This document shows, one piece after another, positions 16,661 through 27,900 of a stretch of DNA of 49,998 nt. A program made the translations under genes and the position numbers. The DNA lies in IMG/VR virus record IMGVR_UViG_3300032373_000017, positions 1-49,998 of that record; one strand, 5' to 3'. Below the pieces are notes generated by a model. The model was not told the origin of the DNA and searched no databases. It saw only the letters and a list, made by a program, of their open reading frames with translations. Positions within the stretch are counted from its first letter, which is position 1. The number at the start of each line of letters is the position of its first letter. The DNA is from a virus (lineage: Duplodnaviria; Caudoviricetes).

Positions 16661-17007
16661 TGTATGGTAGTGAGTTTCATGGAAGTAATTATTATGCTTC
16701 CTTATACTATGCAGCCCTTAGAGGCGACCTAGAAGGATTTAATTCTCTTTCCACTAGAGATGTGCAATACGAAGCTCTTAGGCTTGTATCTTCTAGAGTG
16801 ACAGATACACGTACTATGGAATACTCCTACTGGCAAGCGCTCTTTGGCGGTAATGGCTCAACCCTAGATATTATGCATGAAGGTGTGATTATAGGGTTGG
16901 GGTTTAGTACACTAAAAGATTATTATGATTCAGAAACAAATAAAGTATGGCCTGATCACAATAGTTCTGAAAAAGCCTATTGGCTTAAGATTATAGCGGA
17001 GAATTAA
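16660..17007 (+). CDS. Hypothetical structural protein
   Basis: 115 aa, Y-rich N-terminus, translationally coupled. Confidence 0.65.
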   Translation: MYGSEFHGSNYYASLYYAALRGDLEGFNSLSTRDVQYEALRLVSSRVTDTRTMEYSYWQALFGGNGSTLDIMHEGVIIGLGFSTLKDYYDSETNKVWPDHNSSEKAYWLKIIAEN

Positions 17008-18480
17008 ATGGCTTGTAATATGACGCCGATAAATAAGGATTTGTCTTTGTGGACACCTGCGGCGGATGGTAAGATAAGAGGCTTTGATAAGGGTGGTACA
17101 ACACCTTTAGACGTAAGAGCCTTTCCAGGTGCTGAGGGCTTAGCAGCACTAACTAGAGGAGCTGCCGGACATGTTGGTGCTAAGACTGTTGCTTTTGTTG
17201 ACAACACTAATGATTCTGGAGTAGGTAGCTTAAGAGCAGCAGTGGAAGGTGCAGGTAATGAAGGTACTTTTATTATCTTTAGAGTTAATGGCAATATTAA
17301 CTTATCTTCTGTATTAGAGACAACTTCAGATAATCTTACATTTGCCTTTCAGACATCACCTAGCGGAGTTGCTGTCGTTGGAGCACCTTTAAGACTACAA
17401 GATAATTCAGATGTTATTATTCGACATGGCCGCTTCCGTTGCGGATCACATCAACCTATTAGCGAGACAGACCAAGAATCCTTATCTATCTGGAATGCTA
17501 ATAATGTAATGATTGCTAATACCTCTGCTACATGGGGTGCAGATGAGACTATTGGCTGTACTAGTTTTCCTGCTACAAGATTCACTAATATTACATTCTT
17601 TGATTGTCTTATAGGTGAAGGTTTAACTGATCCAGCACCAGAAGCTAATCATGGGTATGGTATTCTATTAAACGCTACGTATGATACGGGCAATACAGCA
17701 GACTTTATACGTCCATTCTTTACTTCTAGTAATGGTCGTTTACCTCAGTGGAGTGGTGATATAACATCTACCATAGTTAATGGAGTTGTATATAACTTTG
17801 ATGGTAGTCACTCCAGCATGTTAGATATGCAAGGCGCTCCCGGCCCTAAAGTTAACTCTTTAAGCTGTATGACTAAAGCAGGTATAGACTCTAATGGCTC
17901 TGTTAGATATGGAGCTGGCGGAACTGCTGGTGAATATATTGCATTAGGTACAGGGGCTCAAGAGGTTGTAGCTATTACTCCTTATGCAGCCCTCTACCAG
18001 AGGAGAGCTTTCGGTACGGATAGACTCTTAGATGCTGATTCAGAATGGTCTATAGTTAATGGTTTCTCTGGAGCTTATTTACCTACTACTTTCGAATCAC
18101 TTACACCTTTCTCTCTACCAGGAGGTATTACTCCTACTGAGATTGTTGTATCAGAATCAAATTATGAGTCTGTACGTGACCAAGTTGTTGCTGGTGTGGG
18201 TGCGACAGTACCTATAAGAGACTCGGCTGATACAGAGATTGTAAATAACTACACTAATAGTACAGGTAGTTTGAAAGCAGATGTCACCTACCCTGATGAC
18301 TTTCCCACATATGGCTCAGCTAGCTATCCTACTGATACAGACGGTGACGGTATTCCAGATAGCTATTGGACGTATCGTGGTATATCTGCTCAGACTTGGA
18401 GCGATACAGCGCCTAGTGGCTATCTATGGATAGAAGAGTTTATTAATGACCTAGCAGACGGGAACTACAGTTATGCCTGA
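17008..18480 (+). CDS. Pectate lyase-like (PL1-type) beta-helix protein
   Basis: AFPGAEG, DSGVGSLRAA, WGADE, RLP and DTDGDGIPD motifs of bacterial PL1 lyases. Confidence 0.8.
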   Translation: MACNMTPINKDLSLWTPAADGKIRGFDKGGTTPLDVRAFPGAEGLAALTRGAAGHVGAKTVAFVDNTNDSGVGSLRAAVEGAGNEGTFIIFRVNGNINLSSVLETTSDNLTFAFQTSPSGVAVVGAPLRLQDNSDVIIRHGRFRCGSHQPISETDQESLSIWNANNVMIANTSATWGADETIGCTSFPATRFTNITFFDCLIGEGLTDPAPEANHGYGILLNATYDTGNTADFIRPFFTSSNGRLPQWSGDITSTIVNGVVYNFDGSHSSMLDMQGAPGPKVNSLSCMTKAGIDSNGSVRYGAGGTAGEYIALGTGAQEVVAITPYAALYQRRAFGTDRLLDADSEWSIVNGFSGAYLPTTFESLTPFSLPGGITPTEIVVSESNYESVRDQVVAGVGATVPIRDSADTEIVNNYTNSTGSLKADVTYPDDFPTYGSASYPTDTDGDGIPDSYWTYRGISAQTWSDTAPSGYLWIEEFINDLADGNYSYA

Positions 18481-20047
18481 AATTAGTCAGATAGGTTTTG
18501 GAACTAATGACTATGCTGATCTCCCTACGTGGGAAGCAGCAGAACAAGCCTCCTCTTATGGAGGTAATCCACCTGTAGCTGAAATTGGCACAGGTACACC
18601 AGCCTTAGCAGCTAACTTACAGATAAGAACTAGTTGGGCTGATGGGTTTATTATTAGAGCAGCCGCAGGTCAAGAGTTTGATGGGAACTTTGGCGGTACT
18701 CATGCGACCTTATCTGGTGCGGGCTTTAACTTAGACGTACGTGTCAATGATGGACAGATAAGAAATATTGAGCTAGACGATGTGGTGTTAGCTAATACTG
18801 GAGATACTTACGATAATCTAGTAGTAGATTCTTGTGGCTTCCGTCCTAATCAAGTATTTATAGATAGCTCTAGTGTAACTGCTGCCGCCTTTACTAATAC
18901 TATATTCCTATTAGAAGATACTGGCGCATTAAATCGCGCTGTATATGTATTTAGTACTCTAGCTAATCTTACTAGCTGTACAGTGTTGGGTATAGATGGT
19001 ACTGGTTCTTTGGGCGCTATCTACATACGTGGCAATACTACTACCACTACTATTAATGACACTGCTTGTTATTCAGACGGCGCTACTTATGAAGTTCATA
19101 GCGGTGACACACCTACTGTAACTGGTGACTATAACGCGGGCAACGATGCTAATATGCCCGGAGCCAACTCTATAGCAACGCTTACTACAGCAGATTTTGA
19201 AGACTTTATTAATAGAGATTTAAGGCTTAAGAACAGCTCTGTAGTGGTAGGAGCCGGTACTGGTGGTGGCGATATTGGTGCGTTTGTACAACCGCCTAGT
19301 CTTACAATCACTGCTGAGCCAGCAGAGCTACAGCGCGGCAGTACAGCAACCTTCACTGTTGCTAATTCCACTACAGCTCCTACTACAGGTAATACCACCG
19401 TAGTTAGTTCTGGTGATTCTCTTACAGTGGATTCTGTATCTGGAACTGGCCCTTGGGTAATTACAGTCGGCATACCTGCCAGCTTATCTAAGCAACACTC
19501 TATTGTAGGCTATGCTTGGACTATTACTACAGGTGCTGAATCTGACACAAGTAATAACATACCTCTTGTTGCAGCTACAGGCTATAGCTACACAGATCTA
19601 ATCTCTCCTGTCACAACTGATGGTTCTATATTAGAAGGCTACACTGGAGATGTACCAGTTACTGGTGATCAAGTGGTGTATGAAACTACTTCCTCTCCTA
19701 CAGGCATACCATTTACTATTGGTGCTGATGGAGAATGGGTATTTGATTTCGAACCTTTAGTTGATCAAACTGTTAGTAGGTATGTGATACAGGTAGATGG
19801 AACTGTTGGTACTACTTCCCTAGCCACATTCTCTATAGCAGGTGGTGGCGGTGGAGGATCTACATGGACAGAGTGGCTGGCTAGCCTTCCAGCTAATTCT
19901 ACTACACAAAAATTAATAAACTTTTTAGCTACTAAAGGATTTACTAAAGGGCTACATGACTCATTATATGAGTATCTAAAGACTGTTAGCAGTAAAGATA
20001 GTCAATCAGAGAGGTATAAGGATTGGAAAGATGGAGGATTTAATTAA
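18473..20047 (+). CDS. Fibre/appendage protein (beta-helix plus Ig-like region)
   Basis: DLRL...GGDIGA beta-helix end, T-rich beta domain, GGGGG linker, short helical C-terminus. Confidence 0.65.
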   Translation: MPEISQIGFGTNDYADLPTWEAAEQASSYGGNPPVAEIGTGTPALAANLQIRTSWADGFIIRAAAGQEFDGNFGGTHATLSGAGFNLDVRVNDGQIRNIELDDVVLANTGDTYDNLVVDSCGFRPNQVFIDSSSVTAAAFTNTIFLLEDTGALNRAVYVFSTLANLTSCTVLGIDGTGSLGAIYIRGNTTTTTINDTACYSDGATYEVHSGDTPTVTGDYNAGNDANMPGANSIATLTTADFEDFINRDLRLKNSSVVVGAGTGGGDIGAFVQPPSLTITAEPAELQRGSTATFTVANSTTAPTTGNTTVVSSGDSLTVDSVSGTGPWVITVGIPASLSKQHSIVGYAWTITTGAESDTSNNIPLVAATGYSYTDLISPVTTDGSILEGYTGDVPVTGDQVVYETTSSPTGIPFTIGADGEWVFDFEPLVDQTVSRYVIQVDGTVGTTSLATFSIAGGGGGGSTWTEWLASLPANSTTQKLINFLATKGFTKGLHDSLYEYLKTVSSKDSQSERYKDWKDGGFN

Positions 20048-20623
20048 ATGGCAATAGAGCATGTTGATATAGGTTCAGGTGAGATACATGAACCTAAAGG
20101 GGTAGCTACAGCCTTACTTGGAGAAACCTACGTAGCAGATGGCGCTGGTAGCGGTGAGTGGAAATTAGAACAGGCTTATGGAGAGATGCAAATTCTGCAA
20201 AACTCTACAGCCCTATCTCTCACGGCTGCTGCTGATGCAGCTCTATATACAACTACTGACTATATAAAGATAGCAGGTATATGGCAAGCAGGTACTACGG
20301 ATGGCGTTACCTACAATAACAATGAACTAACTGTTCCTACTACAGGAGTTTATTATTTAGCAGGGTGGTCTAATGTAACAGCCTCTGTTAACAACGTCCT
20401 ATTAGGCGTTAAATATTCTGTAAATGGCACAGTGTTACCCTCAGCGGTAGCTCCTACACTACGTAGAAAACAAGGTACTGGTACTGATATTGGTAGCTTG
20501 GCTGGTATAGGATTAGTACCCTTAACTGCTGGTGATGTAGTTGCTCTGCATGTAGCTTGCGATACAACTTGTGATGTAACTATTACAGATGCAGGATTGG
20601 CGTTAACACTAGTTAAAGCCTAA
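20048..20623 (+). CDS. Head/tail fibre-like protein
   Basis: IHEPKG...YVADGAGSGEW N-terminus; C1q/BclA-like beta C-terminus. Confidence 0.6.
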   Translation: MAIEHVDIGSGEIHEPKGVATALLGETYVADGAGSGEWKLEQAYGEMQILQNSTALSLTAAADAALYTTTDYIKIAGIWQAGTTDGVTYNNNELTVPTTGVYYLAGWSNVTASVNNVLLGVKYSVNGTVLPSAVAPTLRRKQGTGTDIGSLAGIGLVPLTAGDVVALHVACDTTCDVTITDAGLALTLVKA

Positions 20624-20634
20624 AGGAGGTAGTA

Positions 20635-20952
20635 ATGCCAAAGAAAGGTCAAACTAAGGCTAATGCTAAACCAGCTTCTAAAAAGAAGCGAGCGTACAAT
20701 GCTAAGCCAGAGCAGAAGAAGAACAGAGCAGCTAGAAACAAAGCTAGGCGAGATGCTATTAAAAATGGCTCTGCTAAGAAAGGTGATGGTAAGGATGTTG
20801 GTCACAAGAAAGGTTTAGCTCAAGGAGGTAGTAATGCTAAAAGCAATCGCCGTATTGAGTCTGCTAGTGCTAATAGAAAGCGTGGTGGTGCTGTCGGAGG
20901 TAAAAGGAGCAGTGGTGGCGGTAGGCCAAAAGGTTCTAAGAACAAAAAATAA
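20635..20952 (+). CDS. Highly basic protein with HNH-like core
   Basis: 35/105 residues K+R; GDGKDVGHKK...GGSN...N...ANR; AAGGAGG RBS. Confidence 0.65.
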   Translation: MPKKGQTKANAKPASKKKRAYNAKPEQKKNRAARNKARRDAIKNGSAKKGDGKDVGHKKGLAQGGSNAKSNRRIESASANRKRGGAVGGKRSSGGGRPKGSKNKK

Positions 20953-20963
20953 ATTAGAGGATA

Positions 20964-21734
20964 GTGACATTGAGTAAACTCTCTGTACTAGATATGACAC
21001 AAGACATACTTTCAGATATGAGTTCTGATGAGATTAATACAATCTCAGATAGCTTAGAGAGTATGCAGGTAGCCAGAATCATAGAAAGTGTATATTTTGA
21101 AATGATGAGTAATAAGAACTGGTCTCATCTAAAACAGCTAATAACACTAGATAGTTCAGGAGCTTCCACTAAACCTACACATATGAAACTGCCTACTAGT
21201 GTGAAGGAGTTGCATTCTGTTTATTATGATGGTATTAAAGTTGGCGAGACTAGGGTTAGGAATAAGGAGATTGAATATCTAACTCCAGATGAATTCTTAG
21301 TTAGAGCTAACAATTTAAACTCCGATAATACTATAGTGCAAGAGGTGGTAGATTTTAGTGGTGTTAAACTATTAATTAAAAATAACACTACTCCACAATA
21401 TTATACATCCTTTGATGATGAATGGCTAGTATTTGATAGTTTTGATTATGCTGTAGAATCTACGCTACAAACTAGTAAGACACAATGCTCTGCAACAATG
21501 TCACCTGTATTTACTCTAGCTGATGACTTTATACCAGACTTACCTGTTGAAGCTTTTCCAGGGTTTTTAGCTGAAGCTAAGAGTGTGTGCTTTGCACGAC
21601 TTAAGCAAGTTGAAGATGCTAAGAGTGAGCAGCAAGCAAAGAGGCAGAAGTCTTGGCTTAGTAGGAAGAGTTGGAGAGCTGGTGAGGGTATCCAGTTCCC
21701 TGACTATGGTAAACCTGTTAGAGGTAGAGCATGA
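20964..21734 (+). CDS. Tail tubular protein A / adaptor
   Basis: Size, position and pattern of T7 gp11-like adaptors. Confidence 0.8.
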   Translation: MTLSKLSVLDMTQDILSDMSSDEINTISDSLESMQVARIIESVYFEMMSNKNWSHLKQLITLDSSGASTKPTHMKLPTSVKELHSVYYDGIKVGETRVRNKEIEYLTPDEFLVRANNLNSDNTIVQEVVDFSGVKLLIKNNTTPQYYTSFDDEWLVFDSFDYAVESTLQTSKTQCSATMSPVFTLADDFIPDLPVEAFPGFLAEAKSVCFARLKQVEDAKSEQQAKRQKSWLSRKSWRAGEGIQFPDYGKPVRGRA

Positions 21735-21952
21735 AGCAATTTAAAGTTTATTCACAAGGTGTAATGTATAAACTAGCTTGGGAAGGTGGTGGAGCTATAC
21801 CTGTAGAGTTGCAGGGAGGTTATACCTCTTATGGAATGGCTATGGACGCTGCTGATCATTATATGGCTAATAGAGTAGAAAGGGCTAGTAATGTACGTAA
21901 GCGCGAAGCTAAAGAAGGGGTGGCTAGTGGCAAAGCTAAATCTAGAACGTAA
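21731..21952 (+). CDS. Small hypothetical tail-module protein
   Basis: 73 aa, GGGAIPVELQGGYTS, ATGA overlap. Confidence 0.7.
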   Translation: MKQFKVYSQGVMYKLAWEGGGAIPVELQGGYTSYGMAMDAADHYMANRVERASNVRKREAKEGVASGKAKSRT

Positions 21953-24218
21953 TACTTTTGTAAAAGGGTTAATTACAGAAGCCTCTCCTTTAACGTTCCC
22001 TGAGAACGCATCTATAGCAGAGGATAATTTCGTATTAAATCGAGATGGCTCTAGACAACGTAGACGTGGAATGGATTATGAGGATGGCTTTGTAAAGCTT
22101 GGTGTAGGCTTAGATTTTACAGGGTTTGCTAGCACAGCCATTACAGGATTTAGATGGGAGAATGTAGACAATGACCCTACTAAGACTTTGGGTGTTATAC
22201 AAATCGGATATAAGTTTGTATTTGTAGACGGATTCAAAGATACGCTATCTGCTAATATCAAAGGGGAGTTGGCAATAACATCCTTTGCTGCACAGCATCA
22301 AACACAGTTTGCCACTATTGATGGTAAGCTTATAGCAGTTAATCCTGCATTCCGCCTACCTAAGCTTATAAGTTTTGTAGGTGGTGTATTTACAGAAACT
22401 GACATATCTTTAGTAGTTAGGGATATATGGGGTGTAACTGATGGCCTAGAATTAGATGAACGCCAAAAGCCTATAACTATTCAGCATGAATATAATCTAT
22501 TCAATCAAGGATGGCCTACAAAGAAAGTTGATGTAGGAGCTTCTTTAGAATACCCTCATGCAAATCACTCATCACAATTCCCAGCTAACAATGAAATTTG
22601 GTTTATAGCTAAGAATGCGTCTGAAGATTATGATTTTAATCTATTAGATTCCAGAGTGTTTGGTACTAGGCCAGCCCCTAAAGGGCGTATACTATTAGAT
22701 GCCTTTGCTCGTGGAGCAACTAGACGTACCTTTATGACAGATAATTACAGCACCACTATTGCAGATAGCGCTGTTAAGTCTTTGCACCCTTTACCAGATG
22801 GAGCTAGTGCTTCTGTTACAGAACTTCCTCTAGATGCAGAACTATCTTCAGTTACAGCTGTAGCTTCTTATGCCGGTAGAATATTCTATTCTGGTGTAGA
22901 TAGTGAAGTGTCTGAGGGCGATGACAACACTCCCATCTATTCTTCAACTATATTCTTTTCTCAAGTTGTTCAGAACAATAATGATTTAGGTAAGTGTCAT
23001 ACAGTTAATGACCCTACATCTGAAGACTTTAATGAGACATTAGCCACTGATGGAGGAACCTTCACTATACCAGAAGCCTCTCGTGTTTTACGACTTGTAA
23101 ATAAAGATACATCTTTAGTTGTTGTAGCAGAGAATGGTATATGGGAAGTGACAGGCCCTGACGGTGTATTTAGAGCTGATGACTTCTCTATAAGACAGAT
23201 AACTAACATTGGCGTAACCAATGCTCAAAGTGTTGTTGATGTAGAAGGTAGTCTTTACTACTGGAGTAAGGCAGGTATTTATGTACTATCTGCACAGGAT
23301 GCTACAGGTAGACTTGCAGCACAAAACATTACGGAGACAACTATACAAACTCTGTATACAGAAATCCCATCTGTAGGTAGGAGTAATGCTGTTTCTAGAT
23401 ATGATAGTGACAGCAGGAAAGTTAGCTGGTTATATAATGATTCTGAAGATTATGACGGGATTAGACAGAAGCATAAATACAACAAAGAGCTGGTGTTAGA
23501 TTTAACATTAGGAGCTTTCTCCACTAATACCTTTGGTACGTTAGAGACAGATAGTAGTTATATTGCAGGGTATCTTCCTACTGGAGGGTTTAGCGTAATT
23601 AAAGACCAGCAACCAGTTACAGTTAACGGACAAGAAGTGCAAGTTAATGGAGAGACAGTTGTTATATCTAAAGATGCTAGAACTAAAGGTAGAAGCTCTA
23701 CAAAATACCTGACTATAAAACCCAACTCCGTTGGTGATGTTGAGTTTACATTTAGCTTGTACAAAGATGTTAACTTTATAGATTGGATTAGTGATGACGG
23801 TGTAGGTGTTGATGCAGCTGCGTATTTAATCACAGGGTATGAACTGTTTAATGACTCGGCTAGACGTAAACAAATCCCCTACCTAACTATGCACTTTAGA
23901 CAAACAGAGACAGAGATGATTGCTTCAGGAAGTGATTTTGTTCCTGATTTCCCTTCAGCTTGTTTGGTACAAAGTCAATGGGACTTTTCTAACCATAGTA
24001 ATAGTGGTAAGTTTGGATCACAGATCCAAGCATACAAATTACACAAACACTTTGGTGTAGAAGAAGGTGTATTTAATTATGGTAAATCTGTAGTGACAAC
24101 TAAGAATCGTTTACGAGGATCTGGTAGAGCCTTCTCTATGAGAGTAGATACAGAGGCTGGTAAAGATTTACATTTGTATGGATGGGCTTTACATATAGAA
24201 GGTAGTGAGAATGTCTAA
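21927..24218 (+). CDS. Tail tubular protein B / nozzle
   Basis: FVKGLITEASPL, RRRG; beta-propeller-like; GTG 21927 after AAGGGG. Confidence 0.85.
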   Translation: MAKLNLERNTFVKGLITEASPLTFPENASIAEDNFVLNRDGSRQRRRGMDYEDGFVKLGVGLDFTGFASTAITGFRWENVDNDPTKTLGVIQIGYKFVFVDGFKDTLSANIKGELAITSFAAQHQTQFATIDGKLIAVNPAFRLPKLISFVGGVFTETDISLVVRDIWGVTDGLELDERQKPITIQHEYNLFNQGWPTKKVDVGASLEYPHANHSSQFPANNEIWFIAKNASEDYDFNLLDSRVFGTRPAPKGRILLDAFARGATRRTFMTDNYSTTIADSAVKSLHPLPDGASASVTELPLDAELSSVTAVASYAGRIFYSGVDSEVSEGDDNTPIYSSTIFFSQVVQNNNDLGKCHTVNDPTSEDFNETLATDGGTFTIPEASRVLRLVNKDTSLVVVAENGIWEVTGPDGVFRADDFSIRQITNIGVTNAQSVVDVEGSLYYWSKAGIYVLSAQDATGRLAAQNITETTIQTLYTEIPSVGRSNAVSRYDSDSRKVSWLYNDSEDYDGIRQKHKYNKELVLDLTLGAFSTNTFGTLETDSSYIAGYLPTGGFSVIKDQQPVTVNGQEVQVNGETVVISKDARTKGRSSTKYLTIKPNSVGDVEFTFSLYKDVNFIDWISDDGVGVDAAAYLITGYELFNDSARRKQIPYLTMHFRQTETEMIASGSDFVPDFPSACLVQSQWDFSNHSNSGKFGSQIQAYKLHKHFGVEEGVFNYGKSVVTTKNRLRGSGRAFSMRVDTEAGKDLHLYGWALHIEGSENV

Positions 24219-24504
24219 AGAAGTTTTGGTAGAAACTCCTCTATATAAATTATCAGGAGAGCTGGAATCTGGCTCTCTTGTGTTACACCTAGACTATTTA
24301 AAAGATAAGTTTACAAAGTCTATATACAAACAAATGCTATCAGATTGGCTTGATATAACAGAAGGTTTAAAGGAAGCTGGTGTCGCTGAGGTGTTTTCAG
24401 CAATAGCTAAAGATGAGCATAAGATTTGTAAATGGCAAGCTATGTTCGGACTTGAGCCGTATAAGTATACGGATGAAGCTATAATCTACAGGAGAGAACT
24501 ATAA
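24211..24504 (+). CDS. Small virion assembly protein (T7 gp13/GNAT-like position)
   Basis: Between nozzle and ejection genes; KW.AMFG motif. Confidence 0.55.
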   Translation: MSKEVLVETPLYKLSGELESGSLVLHLDYLKDKFTKSIYKQMLSDWLDITEGLKEAGVAEVFSAIAKDEHKICKWQAMFGLEPYKYTDEAIIYRREL

Positions 24505-24932
24505 TGGGAATAGAAACAGCAGCAACATTAGCAGCTGGTATTGCTCCCGCTGCACAGATTACTAGTATAGATGAGCAGAAGCGCTCAGGTAGAAATCAAA
24601 TTAGAGCTAGTAAAGCTCAACAACGATTACAAGATATAAAAGCTACAAGAGAAAGAAGAGCACAATTCAGACAGGCCCAGAAAGCCCAGGCTGAGATTAT
24701 AGCCGGAGGTGTGGCCTCAGGTACATCTAAATCATCTTCAGTGAAGCAAGGTGTAGGATCAGTACAGACACAGCTTGCTTCTAATATAAGCTTCTTAGAT
24801 GAGACTATAGGGCTTAACAGAGAGACTAGCATCTTTAATCAAAAGGCTGCTGATGCCTCTTCAAGAGCAGCTACCGCAGATGCAATATTTGATACATCAC
24901 TTAAGGCGGCTAGCTTATTTGCTCCAAACTAA
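24504..24932 (+). CDS. Internal virion (ejection) protein, small
   Basis: A/Q/S-rich helical, T7 gp14-like position. Confidence 0.7.
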   Translation: MGIETAATLAAGIAPAAQITSIDEQKRSGRNQIRASKAQQRLQDIKATRERRAQFRQAQKAQAEIIAGGVASGTSKSSSVKQGVGSVQTQLASNISFLDETIGLNRETSIFNQKAADASSRAATADAIFDTSLKAASLFAPN

Positions 24933-24947
24933 TACATAGGAAATATA

Positions 24948-27900
24948 ATGGCAGTTGATAATCCAAATGCTTTAGAAGAAACTACAGTTAAACTTGATGA
25001 AGATGTAAACACTGCTGTATCTAAAGGTGTTGACTTAGCTTCTATAGAAGAAGCTGTGCCTAACAGCGGTGTACAGAGTGCTGTACAAGGTAGTGCTGAA
25101 GATGCAGCCGAAGTTGAAGCTATGTTTCCTATAGACCCTCTAGACTCTCCTGAGACTTATGTGCAAGAAATCCCAATCACTTGGTCTGACGAAGCAGCTA
25201 GTGAGATGGGGGCATATACAGCGATAGCTAACAATGCAGCAGATCCTGTAGCTGTCTATGACAGAGTTATGGAAGATCTAAAGACTATTGGTACTAGTGA
25301 AGAATTTAGTGCAGCTGAGAGTGGCATACAAGCTCAGAACATAGAGAATGAGATTGAAGCTGCTAGCTCTTTAATGACTTCAGACTTATTTCGTAATGAT
25401 CCTTCTTTAAAAGAGGCTGTAGCTAAGCAGTTACAAATAGCTATACAAGAAGCTAAAGCTTTTGCTATTGCAGATGAGACAACACTACAGATTAGTGATG
25501 GTGGAGTTGTAGATGCAGAGGAAGGGAATGACACTGCTGTAGCTATTAAGAGCAATCAGAAGCTAGCAGATAGATTAGCCACAACTGCTAAAATTAAAGG
25601 TTTGGTTGCAGAAAGTGCTGATGCAGCTTTCAGTTGGAGTGCTCAGACAGGGTTGGATTTACTAGGCACTTTAGTTAGTGTTAATGACGCCAACTCTTAT
25701 GCAAATCTATTAAATCATTTAGAAATTAAATGGGCTGGTCTAGAAGTGCTAGCTCCAGGTGAAATGCTAGACAGTGTTAGAGAGTATGCAGCAGCTCTAC
25801 CTATGCAAGAGAAGTATGAACTAGCACTCTCTATGCAAGAGTTCTTATCTCAGAATGCTGGTGTATTAGACACCAATGCTGTACAAGCTGTTAATATGAT
25901 GAGTAGTGTATTTAATGATTATATTGGTGGCGATGTAGATGGCTTTGATTGGGATAGATGGCTAATCAATGTAGGCCCTACATTAGATTTATTGACTATT
26001 GGCGCTTTCTCTGCTGTAAAGCATGCAGTGACTGCCCCTATTAAAATGGCTAAGCTTTCTAGACTTAATCGTACACAAGCTGCAAACCCCACTGCTGCTG
26101 CTGAGGCAGTGGAAGTGGCTATGAAAGACACTAAGACAGCTGAGATGTTGGGTACAACAAAAGAAGAGTTGTTAGTTAAAAATGCTACACCAAAACTAGA
26201 TGGATGGAAAGAAGCACAAACTCCTTCAGTTGTTAGCAATGCTGTTAAGCGCGCTGAAGATGAAGTGGAGCTGCTTAAAGAAGCTGGTGGTGTAGAGGAT
26301 ATTATAGCTGCTAGTAGAGGTAAGAAAGAAGCGCTTAAGGAGCTTGAAGACTTACAAGCTAAGAGTAAAGGTCATAACTTATGGCTTGCGGATACAGAAC
26401 TTGTAGGTGAGGTAGGTAAACCTTGGATTACTAGAGCTTTAGTAGGTAAGAGTAAGGGATGGGGATTTGCCTCTAAAGATGAAGCTAAGAAGATATTAAC
26501 TGACACCTATAAAGGTGCAGGTGTTATACTAACACGTACCAATCGTATAGATGGTGTTGAGGAGATTGTAGAGGCTGGGCAGAGTGTAGCTAAAGCCACT
26601 AAGCAGCTTATACACAACCTAGAGAAGGCTAAAGGTACTAAGCTTCCTAGAGGAGAAGAGAAGGCACTACGTAAAGAATTAGCTGCTTTACAGGCTGAGG
26701 TTAAAGCCCTTAAGCCAACAACTCCTACATCAGCTGCGGGCACTAAAGCTTCCCAAGAAGCTGCTGCTACAGAAGCTAAGATTGGACAGAGATCTGTAGA
26801 ACCTCTAGAGAGGGAGATTGCAGAGATTGAATCTATGCTAGACCAGTCTACACAAGGTGCTAGAGCTGAAGCTAATATAAGTAGGCTACATCAAGGACAG
26901 ATTGATAAGCTAGACAAAGATGTTAAAGCTCAATTTGATAAGCTTACAGCAGATAAGAAGGTACAAGAAGCTAAGCCATCTGAAGAAAATCTAGAGTATT
27001 TCATTAAAGTGGAAAGTAAGGGAGATATTAAATTCTCTGATGACACTGTACAAAACTCTTGGTTTGCTCAGCATGGCTCTTGGTTATTTGATGCAGATTC
27101 AAAGTTTGCTAAAGAGCTAAGCCAGCTAGGTAATGCTGTCTTTGATAAGTGGAAGTTTCTTGAGAAGGAGATGTTACACGACTTAGATAGCTTCGCTAAA
27201 CTTAGTGGTAAAGAACAAGCAGCTCTTAGTAGAGTATTAGCAAGAGGGGCTGAAGAAGAGAGATTATTCACTCCAGCATTTCTAAGGAGAGAAGGATTTA
27301 GCCAGAAGGCTATAGATGCTTATGCAGATTTCCGTAGGGCTATGGATAAAGCATTCACATTAGAGAATCGTATACATCGTAAAGGTTTGACTAGTGATGG
27401 TATGGTTTATATTAAAGGTGAGGAGTATGATTCCTTTGCAAGACCTCTATCCGCTACGCAAGCTTCTGGTGTTAGGCAAGCCTACAACCCTATAACTAAA
27501 ACTATAGAGTCTGTAGATGTAGCTGCTTTATATAAAAATGGACAGCAGATTGGACAGCTTAAATCCACTCAAATGCTTGACGGGGTTGGTACAAACTATG
27601 TTAAGTTGGACGGGATTGAGGTTAGAGATCTACCAGAAATAACACTAAGCTACAACCAAGGGTGGTTGCCAAGAACAAATAGATCAAACTATTTCATCAC
27701 TAAAGACACAGAGGTGGTAGTTGACGGAGCAAAGCAAACAAGAAGCTCAACAGTCGGAGTTGCCCACTCCCTCAAAGATGCCGAAGCCAGAGCCGCCACT
27801 CTACAAGAAAGTGCTGAAGCTGGCGTCACTTTTGGTCAAAAGCATGACAGAGAGTTAACAGCGCAAGCAGACTTTGCACAAAACTTACATGAATTATATT

